From a virus (Duplodnaviria; Caudoviricetes), in the IMG/VR virus record IMGVR_UViG_3300042484_000510, positions 1 to 36,184 of that record: DNA of 36,184 bases. One strand, 5' to 3'. The position numbers were made by a program, and so were the translations under genes. The notes under the pieces were generated by a model that saw only the letters and a program-made list of their open reading frames with translations, was not told the DNA's origin and did no database searches. Position 1 is the first letter of the stretch. Every line of letters begins with the position of its first letter. Below, in pieces: positions 1 to 6,063 of the stretch.

Positions 1-87
1 CGCTTGTCCATCGGCTCTGGGGCAACCCCTTGATTGGCCCAACTGCCATGCAGGGACTGGTCGTGATCACCGTGCTTTAGGGACTTA
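1..87. repeat. Terminal direct repeat, left copy (identical to 36098-36184); circular-assembly overlap
   Basis: cgcttgtccatcgg...gctttagggactta occurs at both ends, and an ORF reads through the junction in frame. Confidence 0.95.
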
Positions 88-155
88 GCCGGCTTGGCCT
101 TAAGGTCGCGCAGAATCTTGTCGCGGAGTTTCTTGGGTAGAACCTCGTCGTACAT
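1..155 (-). CDS. 5' part of origin-spanning effector polyprotein C (MYDEVLPKKLRDKILRDLKAKPAKSLKHGDHDQSLHGSWANQGVAPEPMDKR...), continuing into 36097..34024
   Basis: ATG at 155 overlaps the TAA of the upstream ORF (TAATG); the frame is open and joins MDKRSAYGF of ORF 34024..36108; contains a His-tag motif. Confidence 0.9.
   Translation of the reverse strand, partial: MYDEVLPKKLRDKILRDLKAKPAKSLKHGDHDQSLHGSWANQGVAPEPMDK
36..87 (-). repeat. His-tag motif copy (KSLKHGDHDQSLHGSWA)
   Basis: Direct translation. Confidence 0.9.
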
Positions 156-2305
156 TATTTGCCCCCTGCTGCTTCATACGATTTCCACCATTCCTGGACG
201 GCCTCTGGCTCCATGTAACCAATCCAGTCTCCCTGTTTGTATTTCATCTCAAAGCCTAACTCCTTGTAGAACCCGGCGGCCTCATCGTATGGGTCGTTTA
301 ACCAAACCCCTCGTCCGCTCTCTGCCGCCGCTCCCAAGACCTGCGTTACAAGCCTGGTTCCAACTCCCGGCTCTAGGCCATTAGTACCGATGTTGGTCAA
401 CTCCATCCATTTATCTTCATGCCCTGTAAGGTACGGGTTGTTCCCGACATTCTCTCTTGTGAAATTTCTGTACACCAGCGTGCCAACCGGAGTTGTGCCG
501 TCTACGCCCGTGGCCACAAAGAACTGGAAGTCCTTATTTCTGCCGATTGCCCCTTCGTTAGCAGAATGAAGGGTATTTCTCATCAAGTCTGCTCCGTCAC
601 TAAACTGCTTTAGAAATTTCTGTTGTTCTGTTGGCTCAACTCGTGGCTCGGCGTACATGCTTGGCCATTTGCCCATCTCTTTGTCAATGGCTTCCGTAAT
701 CTTGTCAGAAGCAGATTTGATTTCTGCAAACGAACTGGTGTTAGACAAATCAAGTTTCTGAACTCCGGACTCTCCACCGCGAGACTCAGCAGCCCTTGCA
801 ACCACCTTGGCTGCAAACTCAGCAGCCGGCAACTTCTTACCGCCCGTAATGCCCGTGGCCCAACTGCCATGTTCGGACTGGTCATGGTCGCCGTCCAAAT
901 GCTTAAGGGACTTAGACTTTCCTTGATACCCAGTAAGCAGCGTCGCCACAATAATTTTATAGTCGCCTTCTTCCCGAACTTCGTCAATGCTAAACCGGGA
1001 ACCCTTGTTTAGGATAATTTCTTTTTCAGAAGACTCTTCCACTTCAATAAATTGAGTCCCGGATGGGATTGTAATTTCCATTACATACTTGCTGCCGTCG
1101 CTGTACGATGTGAAGTCTTCCGTCACCGACATGTCTGTTGTCGTAGAGGTGTACCCCTTGTCCCTAAATGTTTCTCCGGCAAGCAATTCCCTTCCGATGT
1201 TAGGCGAGACACCACGGTAAACTGTTCGGTCTTCGCTTGACATTGGCGCGCGGAAGAATGCCGCGTCCATAGCGTCTATTTTTTCTTCAATGTCCGCGTC
1301 GTTAGCGCCAGCGTCTGTACCGCGCAAGTGCCTGTTAATGTCGTTGTAGCCTCTCCCGGTGTAGTAATTTACAACTTCGTAGGCCTTCTCGCGAGTGATA
1401 AGAGACCCTTCCCATGGGTCCCTACGCTCCCGGCCTTCCTTCTCAGCGCCTGAGTCGTCAGCCCAGGACCCGTGCTCGGACTGGTCGTGGTCTGCGTGCT
1501 TGAGGGACTTCTTGTCAAACGGTGACTTACGGCCAGAGTCAACTCCTACAGCCTCTGCTGTAGAAACATCGGCAATTATTGCGGCAGGATTTAGAATTAC
1601 AATTTCCCGGCCAAGGTCAATAGCGTCATAGCCCTGGGAAGCCCAGTATGCGTTTTTTAGATCCGAAATAGTCCCGTTGAATTGCCCCCACTCTTGCTTG
1701 CTCCAGTCATCGGGCATTCCGGGAACTTGATCCCACATTGCTTCACCGCGAACAATTTTTGCTCCCGGGCTGAACTCCATTTCAATAACCCGGCCGTTGT
1801 CTCCCCTGTAACTTACGGCTTCCTCACGCTCAGTTGTTGCGTAGAACCCAGCGCCCCAGGTGTATGGCTCTAATCTTCCGTCATCCCCCATGGGGTAGCC
1901 GCCCATCATCGGCGCTTCTCCAGAGAGGAAGGATCGGGCGGCTTCGTCGGTAGTAACTCCCCGATAGATTCGGTCTTCTCCTGTAAGTTTGGCCAACTGT
2001 GGCTTCATGCTAACTCCGCGCGCCTCTAGCACCTTAGTCAGCAATTCACCGCCGTCTTTTGTTCCTGTGGCTAGGCTTAGAACCTCGGAGAATGTCTGCG
2101 GAGCACTAGACACTCCTGCTCCATCGCGGTTTCCGTGGTCGGACTGATCATGGTCACCATGCTTTAGGGACTTCTTAGAGGCAAGCCCAATAACAAGTCT
2201 CCGCTCAATCTCGGCCTGTGCAAGTTTGTCTGTGGCAGCCAACTGCACAAGGAAGTCAAACGGAACTTCGGTGTAGTCCATTTGGAACAAGCATCCCTGG
2301 CTCAT
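155..2305 (-). CDS. Effector polyprotein A: tag-[ART-like domain]-tag-[VIP2/Alt-like ADP-ribosyltransferase]-tag-[GNAT acetyltransferase]
   Basis: Start at 2305 preferred (ATGA overlap, GGAGG RBS). Domain 1: IYRG...GAGFYAT...A.SY...GYDAI...EIVILN. Domain 2: YT..GYNDINRHLRG...VYRG...GYTSTT...EKEIIL (R-S-E motif). Domain 3: GVGTRLV...A.GFYKELGF. Confidence 0.85.
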   Translation of the reverse strand: MSQGCLFQMDYTEVPFDFLVQLAATDKLAQAEIERRLVIGLASKKSLKHGDHDQSDHGNRDGAGVSSAPQTFSEVLSLATGTKDGGELLTKVLEARGVSMKPQLAKLTGEDRIYRGVTTDEAARSFLSGEAPMMGGYPMGDDGRLEPYTWGAGFYATTEREEAVSYRGDNGRVIEMEFSPGAKIVRGEAMWDQVPGMPDDWSKQEWGQFNGTISDLKNAYWASQGYDAIDLGREIVILNPAAIIADVSTAEAVGVDSGRKSPFDKKSLKHADHDQSEHGSWADDSGAEKEGRERRDPWEGSLITREKAYEVVNYYTGRGYNDINRHLRGTDAGANDADIEEKIDAMDAAFFRAPMSSEDRTVYRGVSPNIGRELLAGETFRDKGYTSTTTDMSVTEDFTSYSDGSKYVMEITIPSGTQFIEVEESSEKEIILNKGSRFSIDEVREEGDYKIIVATLLTGYQGKSKSLKHLDGDHDQSEHGSWATGITGGKKLPAAEFAAKVVARAAESRGGESGVQKLDLSNTSSFAEIKSASDKITEAIDKEMGKWPSMYAEPRVEPTEQQKFLKQFSDGADLMRNTLHSANEGAIGRNKDFQFFVATGVDGTTPVGTLVYRNFTRENVGNNPYLTGHEDKWMELTNIGTNGLEPGVGTRLVTQVLGAAAESGRGVWLNDPYDEAAGFYKELGFEMKYKQGDWIGYMEPEAVQEWWKSYEAAGGK
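857..913 (-). repeat. His-tag motif copy (KSLKHLDGDHDQSEHGSWA)
   Basis: Direct translation. Confidence 0.9.
1460..1513 (-). repeat. His-tag motif copy (KKSLKHADHDQSEHGSWA)
   Basis: Direct translation. Confidence 0.9.
2123..2176 (-). repeat. His-tag motif copy (KKSLKHGDHDQSDHGNRD)
   Basis: Direct translation. Confidence 0.9.
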
Positions 2306-3633
2306 TTCTTTCCTCCGGAATCCCACCCTGATACTTCGGCTAAATGATCGGTAAACGGATCTCGCTGGCCAAATACCCAGGCGGCAAAGTGTTCTGCGTA
2401 TCGCTCTGAGTCGCTTGTTTCAGCGTACTCGCTAATACCCCGAGAGATAATAGGGAATCCCTGCTCGTTAGGCCGGGTGTATGAAACTCGCTCCCCTTTG
2501 TAACTGTCTAAAGCGTTTATCACCCAAGGTTCGCTTTCGTGCAGCCCGGAAGCCCAGGTTGCAACTGCATGACCAATTTCATGGGTAACCGTGTAATCAA
2601 ACATGGACACATTCTGCTCCACGGCAACTGTTGCAAGGTATCCGGGCCTGACACCTGATTCCGGAGTGTTAGCCAATTGGTTTGCAGTCGTCCCCCAATT
2701 GTCTTTGAATAGGTCCCCCTTGATTGAAATTACCCCTCCGGAAGAACCTTGATTGTTCTCGTGGTTGGCAAATCTAGATGTCGTCCACCGGCCCCAGGTG
2801 TCGGAGGTTCCCTTTCCCAAGTTGATCTCAATGGGGAATTTTGGATCTCCTCTCATTGCCTCGGGAACGAAACTCATGGCTCGGTCAACTGCCTGTGCAA
2901 TCTGTGCAATTTTTTCTTCGTTTAGTTGTGGACGCTCGGGAAGTCTAATTTGGACATTTCCATTTGCAATAACTCGTCCGGAGTTTCTTGATGCGTCGTA
3001 ATTCTTCTGAAGTTCTTGGCGAACTTCCGCTTCTTGTCCTGCATACTTTGGGTTCTTCATCAGGTTGTCTAACACACTCTTGACTATGCGCTGATCGTGC
3101 GCTGTCGGGTCACTCAACTCTGTCCACTTACCAGGCTTGTACTGAGGAGCGCCGCCGGTTGCCCAGGAGCCGTGATCTTCCTGGTCGTGACTGCCGGCCA
3201 GGTGCTTGAGGGACTTTGCCGGCTTGGCCCAAGGAACACGAACTGAGACAAGGCCGCGATCCACCTGCTGTCTATCCCTACCCAATCCTTGCTCAACAAG
3301 TTTAGGTGTCACGCGCATGTGTTTGTCTTGATACCCAAGTTCCCGGAACACATCTTTGGCCATCTCCAGATTAGAGACATGCACATCCATGGTTAGGTGC
3401 GCGTTTGCTCCGTATGAATTGCTTGGGCCGTTTACCCAAGACTCTACCGGGCCGGGGTACTTACCTTCCGGGTTGGCCAACTTTGCTTGTTCGCTCAGGC
3501 GCTTGTATGCGTCGGTCTTCCAGACTTCGCTGTGCTTCGCAATAGACGGTAAACCATCGGCCCAGGAGCCATGCTCCGACTGGTCGTGATCTGCGTGCTT
3601 GCGCGCGCGCGTAACAGCAAGCACGCGGGGCAT
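2302..3633 (-). CDS. Effector polyprotein B: tag-[unknown ~110 aa domain]-tag-[zincin metallopeptidase]
   Basis: HEIGH (2569-2583) followed by SEYA..S.SERYAEHF; two His-tag motifs; TAATG coupling to the upstream ORF. Confidence 0.85.
   Translation of the reverse strand: MPRVLAVTRARKHADHDQSEHGSWADGLPSIAKHSEVWKTDAYKRLSEQAKLANPEGKYPGPVESWVNGPSNSYGANAHLTMDVHVSNLEMAKDVFRELGYQDKHMRVTPKLVEQGLGRDRQQVDRGLVSVRVPWAKPAKSLKHLAGSHDQEDHGSWATGGAPQYKPGKWTELSDPTAHDQRIVKSVLDNLMKNPKYAGQEAEVRQELQKNYDASRNSGRVIANGNVQIRLPERPQLNEEKIAQIAQAVDRAMSFVPEAMRGDPKFPIEINLGKGTSDTWGRWTTSRFANHENNQGSSGGVISIKGDLFKDNWGTTANQLANTPESGVRPGYLATVAVEQNVSMFDYTVTHEIGHAVATWASGLHESEPWVINALDSYKGERVSYTRPNEQGFPIISRGISEYAETSDSERYAEHFAAWVFGQRDPFTDHLAEVSGWDSGGKK
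3160..3217 (-). repeat. His-tag motif copy (KSLKHLAGSHDQEDHGSWA)
   Basis: Direct translation. Confidence 0.9.
3559..3609 (-). repeat. His-tag motif copy (RARKHADHDQSEHGSWA)
   Basis: Direct translation. Confidence 0.9.
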
Positions 3634-3836
3634 TAGCGAACTCGGCGGAGGTCTCCCGGCTTCCAGACGAAGCGATCCGCGCGTGCGCGCTTCTGCTCCT
3701 CGGTGAGCGGGAGCGAAGGGGCCTTGTCTTCCTCGTCGTCTTCCAGCCCCATCTTGGCGCGCTCGGCCGCCATCTCTGGATCAACTGGACGCTTGATTAC
3801 CTCGTCAGGGTTCCAGGTAACTTTCTTCTCTGCCAT
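3633..3836 (-). CDS. Small hypothetical protein (67 aa), first gene of the effector cassette
   Basis: AGGAGG RBS; stop overlaps the next start; related segments VTWNPDEV and FVWKPGDL at the two ends. Confidence 0.75.
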   Translation of the reverse strand: MAEKKVTWNPDEVIKRPVDPEMAAERAKMGLEDDEEDKAPSLPLTEEQKRARADRFVWKPGDLRRVR

Positions 3837-3844
3837 GTTGCCTC

Positions 3845-4498
3845 CTACTTATTTGGGCCGATTTCGTCCGGCCTCTTCAGTCTAAACCTTCCAAGGGTTT
3901 CGCGGTCGCGAAGGGAGACGGTCCGACTAATGATCGGCATTCCCCCTTCGCTAACCCCGATTTGATCTGTCTGTCCGGCTTGTCGTCCGGCCCACGCGCG
4001 AACTGCCATCACCTCTGCAATCTCAGTAATCTCATCGGGGGTCTGGGGCCATCCCCAGGTTCCTGTGATTCGGATGTTGTCAAATCCCGGATTAAAGGTT
4101 GGCAATGGGTTCCCGGCGCTCGGAACATTGGTCATAACCAACTCGGTGTATGGGTAGCCTGGGTTTAAGTCGTATCCCGACGGCCGTAGGAAATAATCCG
4201 TTGATGGAATGGTCTGGAACGGACCGCCGGTATAAGCCGAGTTCTCTAGCAGAGTAATGGTTCGGACTCCTCGCGGGATGAGCAGGACCCGGTTTGAGGT
4301 GCATTTGTAACCGTCAAAGGTCTTAACTAGCGTCCCGGCAATTGGGGCCAAGACGGTCCCGGTGTAGGACTCAATGTAAGCGTTGATCTGGTCGCACACC
4401 TTGCCAATTAGCGTGTCGTCAGTTGTGTCTGCGGAGGGAATGCCAAGGCGGGCCTTAGCCGTGGCCGTGGTTACATAGGAGCCGATTGCAGTTGGCAT
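3845..4498 (-). CDS. Head-tail connector/adaptor (HK97 gp6/SPP1 gp15-like)
   Basis: YVT...AKARLGI...DDTLI...IESYTG and ITGTWGWP..PDEI pattern; directly downstream of the capsid gene; start at 4498 probably leaderless. Confidence 0.8.
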   Translation of the reverse strand: MPTAIGSYVTTATAKARLGIPSADTTDDTLIGKVCDQINAYIESYTGTVLAPIAGTLVKTFDGYKCTSNRVLLIPRGVRTITLLENSAYTGGPFQTIPSTDYFLRPSGYDLNPGYPYTELVMTNVPSAGNPLPTFNPGFDNIRITGTWGWPQTPDEITEIAEVMAVRAWAGRQAGQTDQIGVSEGGMPIISRTVSLRDRETLGRFRLKRPDEIGPNK

Positions 4499-4504
4499 GG
4501 GGTC

Positions 4505-4510
4505 AGTATA
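4505..4510 (-). promoter_or_regulatory. -10 box TATACT 6 nt before ATG 4498 (putative leaderless promoter)
   Basis: TATACT-gacccc-ATG with no SD sequence. Confidence 0.5.
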
Positions 4511-4511
4511 G

Positions 4512-4549
4512 AGCAAGACCCTCGGGAGCGAACTCCCGAGGGTCTTGCT
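4512..4549 (-). terminator. 17-bp perfect hairpin with UUCG loop after the major capsid gene
   Basis: agcaagaccctcgggag-TTCG-ctcccgagggtcttgct; no long U tract. Confidence 0.75.
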
Positions 4550-4570
4550 TCACCGTGGAACCGAGCCTAG

Positions 4571-5905
4571 TTAGGCGCGGACACCGGTGATGCGTGCAAC
4601 GGCAGTTGGCTGCAAGGCAGCAACACCGTGGCGCGCAATTGCGCGATACGCGGACTGGTCGGTGGAGAACCCAATCTCTGACGAGAATGCGAGTTCAATA
4701 CCCGAACGCTCAAGCAAGACCGCCTTGCTGGAGTCAAGCAGGTACACATGTGAAGTGTCGCTGCTGGAACCCTGCGTGCGGTTAATTGCAATCTGCGTGG
4801 ACACATAGACAGGAATGCCAAGGAGCGAGGCCTTCGGGCCGTTGCTCGCAGCAAACCCACCACCAAGCGCCATCGGGGCGTTGTAGCCCTGAGCCGCCGT
4901 GAGGAGGTACTGTCCTGCCGTGTCCTTCAACTGCATCAGCGAGTTGAGAGTGCGTGGGTGCATAATCCATGCGCCCGTGCCGCTCTGTGGCTCAATGTTG
5001 GCCAATCGCAACGCATAAATCGTTGCGTATAGGTCATCAAATGTCAGCGCACGACCGTTGGTTCCCATTGAAGGGCCGACGGTCAGTCCGCTGGTTTCAC
5101 CGATACCAGTAATCTGGTTGCTTGCGCCCGTACCCTCAAGGTGCTGCTGGTCAGCAAACAGAGCCACATCGCGAAGAAGCGTCTTCGTAATGAACTCGTT
5201 CCACGAAGGATCAGCGTCGGCCAGCAACTCGTTGCTGAAGACGCGATACCCGTAGGCCTTCTTGATGGTAATGGCCTGTTGCGCAAAGGTTACATCCTGT
5301 GCGGTGAGTGCTCCAGCCTCGGCGCTCGTTGCGCCACCGGCTCGTGCATCCTCGCGTGGGAGGTAGACAAGATTGCTCTTGACTGGCATCGTCGTAAGCC
5401 CTGGAAGGTTGCGGAACACGATGTTCGGAACCAGAGCGTACTGGAATGCGTCCTGCGCATACATTGGTGGCACGAGGAACCCACCAGCGGTGGTCGTGCC
5501 TTCAGATGCGGCCTTGATTGCGGAGTCTACGCGGTTCGCGTGCTTCGTCTCGCCCATCGCATGAAGAACGGCGCGAGCCTCTTCAGGGGTCTTAGGCCAA
5601 ACTACTGAACGCGGGGTCAGCGAGTCGTCGCTGCCTGAACCCTTGTAGCCGAAAATCTCGGCTGCGGTCTGTGAAAAGTCTCGCTCAAACTCGCCACCGG
5701 TAACGGTCTGGCCACGGAAGGCCGACTTTACAGCGATGCCAAGTTTAGGAAGACCATAAGAGCCACGGTTAAACGCCGCAGCCTTGGTCGGAGCAACTGG
5801 TCGGGCGCTCTCGTCAACCGTGTTCAAGGCCTTAACAGCCTTGGTCACAGCCTTAGAAACGAGCGTCTCAACCTCATTCTCCGACAGGAAATCGTTGTCT
5901 GCCAC
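4571..5905 (-). CDS. Major capsid protein, HK97 fold, with N-terminal delta/scaffold domain
   Basis: IKAASEGTTTAGGFLVP, WIMHPRT...LKDTAGQYL and LLGIPVYVS motifs; AGGAG RBS before GTG. Confidence 0.95.
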   Translation of the reverse strand: MADNDFLSENEVETLVSKAVTKAVKALNTVDESARPVAPTKAAAFNRGSYGLPKLGIAVKSAFRGQTVTGGEFERDFSQTAAEIFGYKGSGSDDSLTPRSVVWPKTPEEARAVLHAMGETKHANRVDSAIKAASEGTTTAGGFLVPPMYAQDAFQYALVPNIVFRNLPGLTTMPVKSNLVYLPREDARAGGATSAEAGALTAQDVTFAQQAITIKKAYGYRVFSNELLADADPSWNEFITKTLLRDVALFADQQHLEGTGASNQITGIGETSGLTVGPSMGTNGRALTFDDLYATIYALRLANIEPQSGTGAWIMHPRTLNSLMQLKDTAGQYLLTAAQGYNAPMALGGGFAASNGPKASLLGIPVYVSTQIAINRTQGSSSDTSHVYLLDSSKAVLLERSGIELAFSSEIGFSTDQSAYRAIARHGVAALQPTAVARITGVRA

Positions 5906-5914
5906 GATTATTCT

Positions 5915-6061
5915 CCTATCGTTATCGGACCGGGAGGTCCATTGTTTACCAATGCCTCGTCAGGTCGTCCGATGGAGCGTCAGCGTTAGCGTTCGCGTCC
6001 CCGGCCTCTCCGGCTAGACGCGAGCGGCCCACATAGGCCAACTCGCCCAGCGAGTGTATCA
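5915..6061 (-). promoter_or_regulatory. Extended -10 promoter (TGaTACACT, 6053-6061) and structured ~140-nt leader of the capsid mRNA
   Basis: Several complementary segments: ctcgc/gcgag, cgcgtc/gacgcg, atcggac/gtccgat, cattg/caatg. Confidence 0.5.
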
Positions 6062-6063
6062 GA

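Noticed and set aside
155-3633. Tags as intein/Hint or other self-splicing elements
   Set aside because: Only ~17 aa long, with no Cys/Ser N-terminal or His-Asn C-terminal splicing motifs
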